NCBI GenBank assembly: GCA_951406725.2
Contig: OX597821.1
Location: 3,534,001 to 3,598,000 of the forward strand
DNA from: Octopus vulgaris
Taxonomy: Eukaryota
DNA length: 64,000 nt
Reading direction: 5' to 3'
Made by a program: the position numbers and the translations under genes. Every line of letters starts with the position of its first letter. Within the stretch, counting starts at the first letter, position 1. The notes under the pieces are model-generated. The model saw only the letters and a list, made by a program, of their open reading frames with translations, ran no database searches and was not told the origin of the DNA. Shown piece by piece: positions 42,756 through 57,494 of the stretch.

Positions 42756-43739
42756 TTACTTGTGCCACAAAGCAGAGGAACCATGGTTGAATCCACTTTG
42801 GTGTGGTAAACTTTCAGACCCTAGTCTAGATTGCGAATCCTCTGTACCCCAGGATGGTTCAGCTCTCCACCCGTTAAAACCCACCGTTTACGGAATGAGG
42901 ATAACGTAGTTTTAGCGCCCGTGCAACTGCCACTCTATCGCATTCTTAGTAGCTTAGAGTAGGCTCGAATTAGATATTATTCTTTGTGACTAATGTTGTG
43001 AGTCCTGATTAGAAGAAAAAGAAGACAGCAGTTGGCAAAAATGGTATCATATAGAATGCGAATCATGTCTGAAAATAACAATTCTGATCCAGAGAGAGTG
43101 AAAGGGAGAGAGAGTTTCCTCTTCTCACTGACTTTTATGCGATCATTATTTGCAAAGCCGAAAACATTTTATATATTTGGAAAGTTAACATTGATTTTGG
43201 CATTTAGTGCGGGACACTAAGAGAAAGAGGAGGGAGCGAAACAGATAGAGAAAGAGAAAGAGTGTGTGTGAGAGGAGAGAGTGATTGGGTGAGAAAGAGA
43301 TTTACAGGAGAAAGAAAAAAAGCAAAGTAAAGTGGGAAGGGAAACACTGATCTACGTCATAGGAGACGGTCAGCCAGGACCATAAAACAGTTAGGGCTGT
43401 CTGAAAGAAATACACATGCTATTTATGACTTCAAAACGCAAACATATAGACTCACACGAAACCACGCGTATGCAAATATACATACACCCGCTCACACGCA
43501 TAAAAATACATACATACCTCCTAGATAAATACAAACGCGTGTATGAATGTAAAGGTGAGTGCATATAAATATAAACGTGCAACTAAATACACACACATAC
43601 ACATATGTGTAATGACAAACAAAGAAAACCCATTCACATATAAATATTGATGCACATATACATATACAAACAGATGTATACATACATATAAAAATACACA
43701 GATACATATACATACATATGGATATCTACACACCCATAT

Positions 43740-44142
43740 TTCATTTCTTTATTGGCCACAGGGGATAAACATAGGACAGACAAACGTGTCATGTCAGGTA
43801 CATAGACCCCAGTGCGTAACTGGTACTTATTTAATCGACCCCGAAAGGATGAAAGGCAAACTCGACATCGGCGGAATTTAAACTCAGAACGTAGCGGCAG
43901 CCGTAAAACCTATTTCTTTACTACCCACAAGGGGCTAAGCACAGAGAGGACGAACAAGGACTGACAAATGGATTAAGTCGATTATATCGACCCCAGTGCG
44001 AAACTGGTACTTATTTAATCGACCCCGAAAGGATGAAAGGCAAAGTCGACCTCGGCGGAATTTGAACTCAGAACGTAGCGGCAACCGAAATACCGTTATG
44101 CATTTCGCCCGGCGTGCTAACGTTTCTTCCATCTCGCCACCC
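43740..44142 (-). mobile_element. Tandem SINE family D (partial plus full copy)
   Basis: Two consecutive gaccccagtgcg..aaggatgaaaggcaaa..aactcagaacgtagcggca blocks. Confidence 0.88.
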
Positions 44143-45132
44143 TTATACACACCCATATTTGCAATGTGCAAAGCGGTGGGATAAACCCCAAACCATGTGG
44201 TTGGGCAGTACACAATCCTTGCTACACAGTCACAGTGAAGTTGAGAAAGAGTGGAAGTTAAATGCTTGGCACATTTTAACAGGAATATATCAAGGCAAAG
44301 AGTATTATCTTCTGTGTATACATTTATTCAAATTCAGATGACTTACTCTTCTATACGAAGCCTAGTGAACGTGCCTATTTTGTAAAGGTGAATGAACTGA
44401 TTTAATTGGATTAGACATCGCTAAGACTAGCATTAATGCTGTCATATGATTAGAAAGGAAATTTTAAAATGTAAGGAAGTAAAAATTTAAGATCTTAGAA
44501 GCGAGATAAATCTAGTGAGCTATTCCTAGAGTTTAAGTAAGAGTAGAAGGAGAGGCGTTAAAGTTAAGAAGAAAATTGCTGTAGTTTGTTCGTTGCTTTG
44601 GAGTAGATCCTTCAATGAATTCTCACAATTGATAGCAGAATTGATTGAAAGAGGATAACAGCGTAATTATTTAATATAATTGACTTTCGAATGAAAGTTC
44701 TAAAGACAATGCACATTGATTGTTTGAACGAATAAAACTTGTTTTTAGAGGAATTCCACGAATGAACGCTTATATCAACAGCACAAAACGATCATGGAAA
44801 TCTTATAATTCTGTGACACTGCTTCATTTAAAATTTGACTGAGATATTTCCTCGTAACTAGCAAACGTTAATTTGTGGTACTTAAAATCTAAATGCAAGA
44901 ATCAAAGGAGATGACTGTAATAAATATTGCAAATATCGATGAAGCAAAATGTTGAGAAAATATCAGTGTCAGAGACAGAAGAGGAGAGAGATCGATATGA
45001 TCTCTAGAGGGAGTTTCAGTTTATTAATTTAATGGATAGCTTAATCTAACCTAATGTGAAAACCTTTTGCAGGTATATTAGTAATAGGGACATTTCTCAG
45101 AATTATTTCAGCCAACCATACTTCTATACGTG

Positions 45133-45440
45133 GAGGCACAATGGCCCAGTGGTTAGGGCAGCGGACTCGCGGTCGGAGGATGGCTGTTTCGATTCCCAGA
45201 CCGGGCGTTGTGTGTGCTTATTGAGCGAAAACAACTAAAAAGCTCCACGATCTCCGGCAGTGGGTGGTGGCGACCCCTGTTGTACTCTTTCACCACAACT
45301 TTCTCTCACTCTCTCTCCCTGTTTCTTGAGTAACGTTGCAATGGACTGGCGTCCCGTCCAGCGGTGGGGTGAGGGGGACACATACGCCACAGAAACCGGG
45401 AAACCGGGCCCATGTGCGTGGCCAGGCTTGAAAAGAGCGA
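45133..45440 (+). mobile_element. SINE family B, tail variant iii
   Basis: Matches 20787-21085. Confidence 0.85.
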
Positions 45441-45689
45441 AAAAAATACTTCTGTACATCCCTGTGTATTTTATCATCGTTTTGAAATGTGTTTGTTTAT
45501 TTTTTCCTAAAGAGCAAAATGACAGCGACTAAATTTGAAATTCACATACACAGTCGACAATATTTGTTGCAATACTATATAAGTATTAGCTCAGTGCAGA
45601 ATACAACGAAACATAAAAATACCATTCCCACAAATATTACAGTATTCATTTTCTTTTTCTTTTTAATATTTCACTATCAGACACAGGTG

Positions 45690-46124
45690 TAGGAGTGGCT
45701 GTGTGGTAAGTAACTTGCTTACGAACCACATGGTCCAGGTTCAGGCCCTCTGCATGGCACCTTGGGCAAGTGTTTTCTCCTATAGCCTCAGGCGGACCAA
45801 AGCCTTGTGAGTGGATTTGGTAGACGGAAACTGAAAGAAGCCCGTCGTATATATGCATATATATATATATATGTATGTATGTATCGATGTATATTTGTGT
45901 GTATACGTTTGTGTGTCTGTGTTTGTCCCCCCAACATCACTTGACAACCGATGCTGGTGTGTTAGGTCCCGTAACTTAGCGGTTCGGCGAAAGAGACCCA
46001 TATAATTGGTACTAGGTATACAAAGAATAAGTCCTGGGCTCGATTTGCTCTACTAAAAGGCGGTGCTGCAGCATGGCCGCAGTCGAATGACTGAAACAAG
46101 TAAAAGAATAAAAGAGTAAAAGAG
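45690..46124 (+). mobile_element. SINE family A, full length
   Basis: ggagtggctgtgtggtaagtaac head through (gtaaaaga)n tail. Confidence 0.9.
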
Positions 46125-46305
46125 ACGCGCCAGGCAAAATGCTAAGCGTCACTTCGGCGCTTATGTTCTGAGTTTAAATTCCGCCGACGTTGATATTGCT
46201 TTTCATCATCGTGGAGTCTTTAAAATAATTACTAACTTAGCAGTTATGTCGATGAAATCGCCGTACTCTCTCTGAAGCAATAGTTGGCCTTGTCCTAAAA
46301 ATTGT
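46125..46305 (+). mobile_element. Degenerate SINE family D directly after SINE A
   Basis: cgccaggcaaaatgctaagcg..ttctgagtttaaattccgccga. Confidence 0.65.
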
Positions 46306-46869
46306 ATACCTATATTTCATAATCCGTGAAGTAAGAGAGTAGACCATATCAATCCGTATGGCGTCAAGATAATTTTACTTCAATATGTAATTACGCTCCT
46401 TTACTTTCTGATTTTATATGAATATCGCATGATTTCTTGTTTTGCGGATGTTTATATAATAAAGTACAAGTTATGGTAGACTTTTCAAAATTATCTTACA
46501 CCCAAAATATGAGGTTTTGTATCAAAATTAACTATACCAGATCGCCTGGGAGATATATTTGGTGAGACGCATCGATATCGAAAAATTAGCAATTAAATAT
46601 TTTCCGTATGTTTCTACGATTACTTCCCGGTTTATCCGTCAAGTGAACGTTCCACTCCCTTACAAGTAACATTTACTTAATTATCTGGCGAAATATAAGA
46701 CTCCGACTGGTTAGTTACATACAGATTCTGCCACCTATAATTTGTCAAAATATTTGGTTAAACTCCAGTCTATAGTGTAGAAAACGTGTGCAATACGTCT
46801 AGTAGTACGATAAAAAGGGAGTTCTCTATTGCAAAGCAAGCTTCTAAAAAGTCGGTTATACACTTCTAC

Positions 46870-47012
46870 ATTGAAGAGATGAGGAATTATGTACACTATT
46901 TACATTATTTACATTATTTACAGAAGGCTGGAGGGTATATAGGCCGAAACGTTTTCTTAACAACAAACAAGATGAAAGACAAATATCCGTCAAATGTAAA
47001 TAATGTAAATAA
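46870..47012 (+). mobile_element. Collapsed copy of the 10552-10868 palindromic element
   Basis: Inverted tail aagagatgaggaattatgtaca..atttacatt joined to aggctggagggtatataggccgaaacgtt..caaatgtaaataatg. Confidence 0.7.
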
Positions 47013-47199
47013 AGTCGGTTATTTCGTGTATATTTTACTTCATTTGAGTTGGTAATATTCAATTACATTCAATAAAAGCATTATCAAAACCTAAACCAAC
47101 ACAGGATTATTTAATTTTCTATGGATATTTAGAACTAGACTCTCAAACACGTAATTACTAGAGAACTTGTATAAGTTCTGAAACATTTACTCACTTTAG

Positions 47200-47374
47200 T
47201 ATTGGGTTGTCCGGAAAATTTGTGCCGATTTTTAAAGGAAAGAAAAAGGTCAATAGATACTTGCCATTACATTTATTGCACAATGCACAATGCGTCTCCA
47301 TCTTTCCTTTAACTTGAAAATACCCTCTTCCTAGAATTGAGGTGGTTTCATGGCAAAGAATTCATCAAGGTATC
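47200..47374 (-). mobile_element. Mariner right end, same family as 11467-12036
   Basis: tattgggttgtccggaaaatttgtgccgattttt TIR; reverse complement of ~11845-12036 with a deletion. Confidence 0.85.
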
Positions 47375-47975
47375 ATCAGCCGCCTGGACTACTGCTCCCA
47401 ACTATGGTCACCACACAAAGTAAAATTAACAGCAGACCATGAAGCAATCCAGTGAAGCTACACAAAGAAGATCGTCTCATTTCAACAGCTCAGCTACTGA
47501 GAAAGGCTGAAAGAGCTAACTGTCTACACCTCGGAGTGAAAACGGGAGAGATATACACTAAGATGCATCAGGAAGATCCTGGGATTGTGTCAAATTTTGG
47601 CATTGAAAGCTACACATACACCAGAACAGATCACCTATGCACAGTACCAAACATGCTAACAATACAGTCGTGCTTCATGACCAGTTACTTCAACATCTTG
47701 GGTTTGAATGGCCCACAGCTTTTTAATATTCTCCCAAAAATCTTGAGGGACCAACGCAAAGTCGATGTAGCTTTCAAAACAAACATGGCTGCTTCCCTAT
47801 CGAGAGTCCCAGATGAACCTAGCCCGCAGCAGGAGGTACAAACGAGGGCAGCGACATCAACCTCTCTTATTCACTAAATGTCACTAAATATCACTGGAGG
47901 CTCTCAGTAATAAAAACGCGGCAAAATGGCCTGGCTCCAGCATAGTCGCAGTTTTGAGCTGAAACCGCTAGAAAA
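47375..47975 (+). mobile_element. CR1-group LINE 3' end, older copy
   Basis: SRLDYCSQLWSP..EAIQ*SYTKKI..GPQLFNILPKILRD..RVPDEP; degenerate 3' UTR motif. Confidence 0.85.
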
Positions 47976-48191
47976 AAGGGATACGTTAATCCTGAAAAAT
48001 AACCGCCCTGACACCCTTCATTTATTTCGGAATGCCATTTTGTACATGTTGGAAAAAGGTCAGTAGGTCCCTCCAGAGGGCCGCAAGAGACTCGGAACAA
48101 CTTCCATTGTACTCGCCCTGAAATTTTACGCAAGAATTAGCTTCTAGTTTCTATAACGAAGTTGTAGTATTTCTTCGTATAGAAGGACAAA

Positions 48192-48250
<59 letters not shown>

Positions 48251-48277
48251 ATACACACATCCATTTTTATTTTATAT

Positions 48278-48335
<58 letters not shown>

Positions 48336-48569
48336 ACGTATATACACATACATCAGTATATTTATCTATTTCTCTCTTTCTTTCACTCTCTCTCTCTTTC
48401 TCTTTATATATATGTGTGTGTGTGAGCGTGTGTATCACACAACACACACTTTATCATATATATGCATGTATATATAGTAAACATATCCAAATATATAGAC
48501 ACATACTTTTTTTTATATGCGGGTTAATCAGGCTACCGTTGCTTTCATATTCTTTTCTACTCTCAACAC

Positions 48570-48765
48570 AAGTTTCGAAAATTTGGGAGAGGGGGGGGGC
48601 AGTCGATTAGATCGATCCAGTACCCCACTGGTACTTAATTTATCGACCCCGAAAGGACAAAAGGCAAAGTCGACCTCGGCGGAATTTGAACTTAGAACGT
48701 AAAGGCAGACGAAATATCGCTAAGTATTTTGCCCAGTGTGGTTACGTTTCTCCCAGCTCACCACC
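48570..48765 (-). mobile_element. SINE family D
   Basis: ggtacttaatttatcgaccccgaaagga..gtcgacctcggcggaatttgaact. Confidence 0.8.
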
Positions 48766-48897
48766 TGCAGCAGGTTTCATATTGAGAAAGTTACCAGTCT
48801 GAACACGAAAGAAATATCAGTCTGGTTAAACCCGCAAATAAAGAATATTTACCTACCAATGCGGTGCTTTGCCCTCATTCTCACTGTTCCATGCTTA

Positions 48898-48955
<58 letters not shown>

Positions 48956-50752
48956 TACACACACACACACAAACATATATCTATATATAATACGTACACA
49001 GTAGCGATATCCAATATGAGGGACTTTGACTACCATTTGTAAGCGTTCAAACGTCTTCCTTCCTTAGCACACGATAAGATTTGGTGTCCGCACTTGCCTC
49101 TGGCATTTCCTTTAAACTAAATGAGAAGTTGTTTATGCTTAATGATTTGACAGAGTACCAAGCGAAACGAGTAGAATTAGCTTTGCATTGTGGAAGCTGA
49201 AAAAGCGACGAAACCTCATAATGATGGTGCCGTTCTTAGAATAATACAAATGTATCGGGCAAAATTATTTACGCATGATATGGTTTAAATTACAAGTATT
49301 GTATATAGCTGTGCATAAATTAAAAGAAAAGAAATCCATCTATTCGCATTGAAATACGTGACAGAGAGCATTTTCAACATTTGAGGTGGGTAGGGTTCTC
49401 AAAATTCTTAATGGCACTTTTATCTGCTTTGTAAAAATGTAAGATCAACAGCACCGTCATAGTCGAGGAAGCAATGTTCCATAATACGAAAGATATAATT
49501 ATGAAACGAAATATCTGTTGGCACAGATATGGTGAAAACAATAAAACTACATAAATTACGGATGCCTAGTAGTACGAGAAGAGGGCCTATATCCGCCACT
49601 GAAATTCGAACTTATCGATAAAATTAAGACTAATATATTAGCCACCGCCACTGGCAACTTGGCTTCAGTTGCTGGTGACAAAATCAGAAAAGGATATCAA
49701 AACCCCAATGTTTCAAATGAATACTCATCGAAGTGAAGTGCCAATGATAATGTTTCCGAATATATTTTTGAAGATAAATGGAATAATATACAGTAAGTTG
49801 TAGGGAACAGAATATTTTTGTCAACATATTGTATTGTTTCTATTCAAAAGAAGATATCAAATCTACATGTTTACATAATTATTATGTTTCATATATTTTT
49901 GAAAACATTCTAACTCAAATCCCGAGTAGATGATCTTAATGCGCGTTCGCAGATAATTATCCGATTGTATTTTATTCTAAAAGAAATTTGATGTATTTTT
50001 GTTCCACGAAGACGTTATTTACGACTTTTCAAAACGATTTATGAGAAGATACGAAGAAGCATATATTTACCCGAGAACAGTGAAAGATATTACTAATACA
50101 GAAGCCAAACTATCGGTTTTCAGAAAGTTTACAGTTAAAACTGAATGTGAGATAAACACAAACTTCATTTAGTGTACATAATGCAACATCCCTTTAGGAG
50201 ATAAAACGAAGTGAAACAAAAATTGTAACTCCAAATTACCTGGTGTCAATGTTTTAGTAATTTTACTTTTCTTTCATTTAATCTAACATTTCTGTTCTGA
50301 AAGAAATATTGCGAAGGTGTCCATAGTGAATTGTGTGCATACATGCACGAAGAAGCGAAGTTTAAACGGAAATATATACATAAATATAATCGAGGGTATG
50401 TACAAAAGTATTCAGATGACTTGAGCTCGAGAGAGACATCTTACTGCCAAAGGAGTGCGAATGTACACCACCCCATGCAGTTGCAGGCTTTCTTTATCGG
50501 TTTCAGCTCATTAGACTACAACGCATGCAGCCACAGACACACACGCACAGAAACACACACACATATACACATACGCTCACACACACACACATATTAATGC
50601 AAACATACTTATGTACATGGATGTATATATACTTATACATATATATATTTATACATGTTATATAAAAGTATATATATCTATAGATATATGTATATAAATA
50701 TATACATACAAATATCTTTATACATATATATATGGACATAAACACGTATATT

Positions 50753-50817
<65 letters not shown>

Positions 50818-51986
50818 ATATGAATATATATATAGACACACATATACATATATATTCTATATTATGCATTATGCTCTATCTCCTCATTTGTTACACGAAA
50901 ACGTTCATGTTTGTGGGAGGGTGTCTGTGTGTATGCGTAGGAGTTTGTGCGTGTGTGACTGTGTACGTGTCTATGTGCATGTAAGTGCGTGTTTGTGCAT
51001 CTGCACATTCTGTATATGTCTTGAGAAATGTCAAACCAGCGATAACTAGGTTCATTGCGTTGTACATTTAGACAATAGGAATTAATTAAAATTGAGCAAT
51101 GAAATGATTCAGCGAAGAATATGTTGCTCTAACTTGAAAAATGGACAATAGAATGTACAAGATAATTTTATTTTCTAAGAATTAATTTACACTTAATTAC
51201 ATAAGTTAATTGAATTTAATTTGATCACATCATATTCTTTATTATATTGTCTAGAAGACATTCTGAAACTTATTTAATGTATGTTTTAACAAGTTGTCTC
51301 ATGATAACACTGTATCATTTGCATTATTTCAGAAAAGTGCATATTTGGTAACCTAGAGACAGCGGTATTATTGTTACTTGAATATAAAGCTATTGTGAAG
51401 TTGGACGCGTCGTGTCCTGGATGTGTCTTAGAACATACATAATTTTTATAAACGCATAATATATACATACACAGACATATACTCATGCACACACACACGC
51501 ACGCACACACACACACACGCACTTACAAACACATACACACACATATGCATATGAATGAATATATATCCTTATCACATCCTGTTTTTCAAATTACAAGTCA
51601 GCGTGAGTCGGTTGGGTTATGAAATGCAATATATGAAGTCAGTTATTTGGAATACTAACATTCGGTGGTTTTTGTAGGAACGGTTAATTTCAGATTGAAA
51701 AAAGAGAGAAAAGGAAATTGAAAGAAGGGGAAAGATAGAAAATCGCACAAGTTCTAGGAGATGTCGTTGAGTCGTTGGATGATAGGTTATCCATAATTTT
51801 GCATAGGTTAAACTCTGAAATTGAACTGACAGTTCGTAAGGCGGCAATGTACGCATTGATACCTTAACATTCACTCCCATCACAGGCACTTCATAGCAAA
51901 CCACATTTAACAGCATAATTGAACACATAAGTAGCAGGAAGATCAGATAATCGATAGAAAATTGATCATGAAGATGCATGAATAAT

Positions 51987-52390
51987 GGAGTGACTGTGTG
52001 GTAAGTAGCTTGCTTACCAACCACATGGTTCCAGGTTCATTCCCACTGGGTGACACCTCGAGCAGCTGTCTTCTACTATTGCTTCGGGCCGACCAAAGCC
52101 TTGTGCGAGGATTTGGCAGACGGAAACTGAACGAAGCCCGTCGTATATATGTTTATATATATGTATGTGTGTGTATATGTTTGTGTGTCTTTGTTTCTCC
52201 CCCAACATCGCTTGACAACAGATGGTGGTGTGTTTACGTCCCCGTAACTTAGCGGTTCGGCAAAAGAGACCGATAGAATAAGTATTAGGCTATCAACGAA
52301 TATGTCCTGGGGTCGATTTGCTCGACAAAAGGCGGTGCTCCAGCATGGCCGCAGTCAAATGACTGAAACAAGTAAAAGAGTAAAAGAGAG
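51987..52390 (+). mobile_element. SINE family A, full length
   Basis: Head to tail intact. Confidence 0.9.
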
Positions 52391-52437
52391 CACTAATCTT
52401 AGTAGTAATAGTAGCTACCGGACCAGCAGCAGCAGCA

Positions 52438-52439
<2 letters not shown>

Positions 52440-52504
<65 letters not shown>
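52440..52504 (+). repeat. (GTA)n microsatellite
   Basis: Seen directly. Confidence 0.95.
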
Positions 52505-53287
52505 CAGGATTAAATGTTGTGTGCTGTTATAATAGGAGAGACAGGATCAAGCGAGTGTCTAAACGGACCCTACAATATAATATCAGAAGATAATGATAAA
52601 ATAAAATTTAAAAAAAAAACATATCTGCCGAAGTCACGTACTTTTGTTGCTGAAAAAACAAATGCAGAAATGTATTGGGAAATTTAAAGACCGCTATGTA
52701 ACACAAACTTTATCATTAATGATTATCAATCGATCATTAACATTTGTCATTAACCAAATTGCTAGATTGTAAAATGATTGATAAATATTATTTTCTAAAG
52801 TTCACGTAGTAAAATTTACTAACTTATATTTTAATAGGAGAATCACTTAGTGCAATTCACTCATTTTCTTTTTCTGTTTATATCTTTTCAAATTCTGGAA
52901 TGATTTACTCAACATTCCATTCACACTTCCGCATTTAATATCTTTGCTTAAAACACATTTTAATGCTAGTATTTTATTTTAGGAAATATTTGCTGTTTAT
53001 AACAAATATTTCTTTTTCACTCGAAGATAAAATGTTTCCCTTTTCCTGAAACACAAATCAATTAAATGTTGCTTCAAGACAATGAATTTTTCCAGGCAAC
53101 AAATAGTATTTTTATTGTGTAAGCACCTCTAACAATATATGCACACACTTCAGCACACATACTCACTCACACATACATACACACACACACACTTACCCAC
53201 ACATACAGACACATGCATATTTGAGCGCATATACAAATATAAGAAAACACACGCACCTCCACACATATACACATTTATAAAGATATA

Positions 53288-53322
<35 letters not shown>

Positions 53323-53332
53323 GTATATACAT

Positions 53333-53392
<60 letters not shown>

Positions 53393-53428
53393 TAGATAGA
53401 TAGATAGATAGATAGAGAGAGAGATAGC

Positions 53429-53461
<33 letters not shown>

Positions 53462-54302
53462 TTGAATATATACTATATGAATATGAATGCACGTTTGTAT
53501 AAATGTCATATGTATTCTCCCATCCACATACATAGAAAGTTCCATGCCTCGGCATACGGTATACAAACACTGACACAAATATGCAAACGTATCATGTATT
53601 TCTCTTCTTTCTGCAAAAGATTTCATCAAGTAACAGAAAATAACAACAAAAATCGAAAGGAAAACGCTTATATGCACCAAGTCAGCAGCATGCGTATAAT
53701 TACTACACAGATAAACCCACACGTACACACATACACACATATGCATACAGGCACATATATAGACACATAGATATATCTATGTATAAATATGTGTACATAT
53801 ATATGCAAGCGTATTGACAATCTTAACGATGCTCGCATACAGAAAGAACTACATCGCCATAGCATAAATCTTGAATACCATTGCGTATACATAAATACAA
53901 AACACGCACACGTGAATACAACATACGCACACAATAACACCAACTACATGTACTGTGCATATTTATTCTCGGTGACAAGTATGCTTTACCATACAATCTT
54001 TTGTGTAACATTTAGTTTTCTTTCCGTATGTATTTGGAAATCATAACCTCCGGTTAACCCTAAAATATTCCATGAATTGAGATTGCGATTGCTGTAATTT
54101 CATTTTCCCTGAAGGGCAAAGTGTTTAATAATCACAAGGATATATTTAGAAAAAGTGAATAATACGAAGTAAATGGGGAAAAAAATATGTTCCATGAAGT
54201 TGCCTAAGGTTTAGCATATTTTAGAAAATACTAGCTTTTCTCAAATCTGTTCTGCAACGATAGAAAGTTTCATATTTATTGTAGAAACCAAAGTAGCATC
54301 AG

Positions 54303-54349
<47 letters not shown>

Positions 54350-54629
54350 CTAAATCTATATATATATATATATATATATAATATGTGTGTTTGCATGTGT
54401 TTCTGTGTTTAAGTGTGTGTGTTCGTGCCACTGTGTATGTGTGCGTGTGTGTAATATATTATATAATATTTGCCATAGGCTAGATGAATAGGAATATCTG
54501 CACAAAACAATATATATGAATGGTTGTTCTCTTCTGTTTTTAATTATTTCAATTCTTCCTGAGAGAAAAGAGTTGGTTTCAAGGAAAGATGGAAACCTCC
54601 ATCTTTGAAAAGTATATAACAAAAACAAT

Positions 54630-55230
54630 ATCATATTTTAAAATTTTTTTCAAAAATCTTGCATGCTTTTACTGTTCGATGTACAAATTGTATTCGTCAT
54701 ATGCAATTTGGTTGATTTACCTTTCTGAAAATCCTTGTTTGTCCCAGTTGTCAGTGGGAAATTTACTCAGAAAGTCGAATACTGTTGGTATAAATGGGAA
54801 TTTATAATCTGGATATAGAAGATAGAAGTGTTGAAGCAGTTATCTATAGTTATCTCCTTCCTCTTTCATATATACGTCAGCGAACAGCTGACCACTATGA
54901 TGGTACATACGTTTTCTTGTCTGACCCAAACAACAATATTTGGCCTGTTAGGTTTACAGATGACACGTTTTGATTGCAATGATACACCAATATTCCTTCT
55001 CTTAATGTTTCTGCATGAATTCAAAGATAGGGAGATTCTGTATATTTATTCGCGGACAGTCTTTTTTTTCTTCTGAAAAGCCTTCTGTGTAGTTTTTCTG
55101 ATGACATCGTGTCGCATGATGAAATTTCTCGGTCGGTGATCATGACATGTGGGACGTCTTCCATGGAAATATGACATTTTAGTTTACATTTTACAGCTGC
55201 AGGGTCTTCATTTAGCAGTTCAAACAAGTA
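54630..55230 (-). mobile_element. Degraded older RLE-type non-LTR retrotransposon 3' part
   Basis: KCKL..EDVPHV..RHDV..KEYW..NRPNIVVW..YPDYKFPFIPT..DKQGFSE..TVKACKIF. Confidence 0.7.
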
Positions 55231-55264
55231 CTGATGTATTATGCAGTAGGCTAAAATAATACAT

Positions 55265-55352
55265 CCTGGGGTCGATTTGCTCGACTAAAGGCGGTACTCC
55301 AGCATGGCCGCAGTCAAATGACTCAGACAAATAAAAGAATTAAAAGAATAAA
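55265..55352 (+). mobile_element. SINE family A tail fragment
   Basis: cctggggtcgatttgctcgactaaaggcggtactccagcatggccgcagtc. Confidence 0.8.
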
Positions 55353-55719
55353 AGTATATATCATCGTCGACGCAGCCAGCATCTATTCGGTGTTTATGAT
55401 GTATTACTATCACTTCTACAAAGAGGTTTTCGGATTTTTTTTCTGAAGTCTTTGCCTTTCGATATTGAAGACAAATCGTTGTCTTTTACCATTAAATCCC
55501 AAATCAAATATTATGACACATCCTATTATAAATGATAGAGAATATCTATTTGAGATGACGAATAATTCATATTGTACTGTGGATGTTCGTACTGTAGTTA
55601 CATGATTAAATGAAGACATAGACGAAGACACTGACAACACAAGTTTATATGCTGCGTATAAGAAGCAATGTACTCCAGCATGTGAGGCTGACGACCAAGT
55701 TGTTTGTTGTTGTTGTTTC

Positions 55720-55979
55720 TTCCTTCTCGAGCCACGCCTGGATCATAAGGGCCGGTTTCCAGGTTTCCTTGGTTTATAGGTTCCCCACCTGGACGGGACG
55801 CCGGTCCGTCGCAGGTGAGCTGCAAGATGCAGGAGGAAAGAGTGAGAGAAAGTTGTGGCGAAAGAGTCAATAGAGGTATTTCGCTCATAAACCCACACAT
55901 TGCCCGCCCGGTCTGAAATCCGAACCTGCGATCCCTCGACCACAATTCCGGTGCTCTAGCCACTAGGCTATGTGCCTCC
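55720..55979 (-). mobile_element. SINE family B, tail variant ii, with (CAA)n tail
   Basis: Reverse complement of the 18630-18925 type. Confidence 0.85.
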
Positions 55980-56462
55980 AAGACAACCAAGTTAGCGACA
56001 GGAAAATATTTAAGGGACGACAAAATTATTCAGTTAACTACCAACGTGGGAGATAGACCGGGCCGAAAATAATGGCTGTAAATGAAATCTGTTTCATATT
56101 TAAGACGGAGAATTAGCAAAGCCAAGTAACATCTTAAGTGCTAGTCATATTTATTCCAAATAAATATTGTCTACAGAAGAAAAATCTCTAGTGGAGAGAC
56201 ATGTGTTCTGTAAACTCATTGCTAAATTGTACTTTCAGAAACAAATATTTTCTCATGTGGAAACACACATTTTCCCATTTAGCATGAAGTATTCATTGTG
56301 CTTTTTTCTTCTAAATGCTATCAAAGGTCTCTGATACAATCACATTCTTAAGAAAAGATAAATTACTACACGATCTGAAAACAAATTACCACAATATGAA
56401 AGGCTGACATGAACATACATGCGTTCTTTCATACATACAAACAAACAAACATACATACATAT

Positions 56463-56497
<35 letters not shown>

Positions 56498-56514
56498 AAT
56501 GTTTAGGCATATAT

Positions 56515-56672
56515 ATTTTCTTTCATTTCCCCGCCCCCTTTCAATGTTTTCTGTCCAAGAGCGTAGGCTCGAAACGTCAAAGGGTTCTCCAGTCATCCTG
56601 AGCGTCAAACTAATACACCTGCTTGTTGTTCCTTCAGTTGTCTTCATCTTTTGTTTTCTGTAAATTCGAACT
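56515..56672 (+). mobile_element. Short repeat with degenerate hammerhead-like motif (56546-56583)
   Basis: ttt-CTGTCCA-a-GAGCgtagGCTC-GAAA-cgtc-aaag; flanked by (TA)n. Confidence 0.55.
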
Positions 56673-57408
56673 ATATATATATATATATACACTCACGTAT
56701 GTAACATAGAATTTGAGTAAGAATACGAAGTGACTGCGATCTAAATTGTAATAGAGAATACCTTGTACCCATGTATATATGTGCCAAGTACTTTAAGCGT
56801 TCATCTGTAATGTATTTACGACCACTTATCTTTAGCCGTATATGTACGTGCATGTACGTATATGTACGTGCATAAGTCTTGTGTGAGCTTGTGTGTGTGT
56901 ACATATATGTGGATATACATGGATACATGCATATATATATATATTCATATATACGTACATACACGTATATATATGCTTGTATATATGCCTGTCTATCTCT
57001 ATGTATGTACGTATGTATGCATCTATATGTGAATGTATGTAGTATGTACGTATTCATTCGCATATATCTTTATATATGGATATATGCCGTTGAAGGTGAA
57101 AGAGGTGAATTTAAAATTGAGAGCTATTAGGTACGAAAGGAAATTCCGAAAACAAAAGCAAAAAAATAGATAAACAATGCAATGCTCCTGTCTGTATTAC
57201 ACACGGTTTCTCAACTTTGAGCTAAAGGAGAAATATGCTACACATAAAATCCGATTCGACCTCCAAGCCAATACTGTTTCTTTTATTCTTAACGTGATAA
57301 ATTCACTTAAAAGTTATGAATAAATTCCCCGACGTTCTCAGGCGTATCAAACAGTAAAGATAAGAGAAAGGCAAGGAAAATGAAAGCCGCTTCAAGCAAC
57401 CCTTTCAC

Positions 57409-57494
57409 CTGTTTCAAATTCAATTGTCGAGAAAGTTTTGAAATTGCCATCATGATTCTCACTAAAGGGCGTGAACTTGGAAACTTTGAAGATT
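57409..57494 (-). other. Candidate exon (86 nt)
   Basis: Acceptor poly-T-cctccAG, donor CAG|GTGAAA; two frames open. Confidence 0.3.

Noticed and set aside
42760-42935. Possible HDV-like ribozyme or LINE 5' UTR after the SINE B head
   Set aside because: Could not build the nested double pseudoknot by eye.
47975-48280. Possible Helitron 5' ends (also ~8790 and ~30070)
   Set aside because: Only TC/TATA-like starts are seen; no matching 3' hairpin-CTRR end was found.
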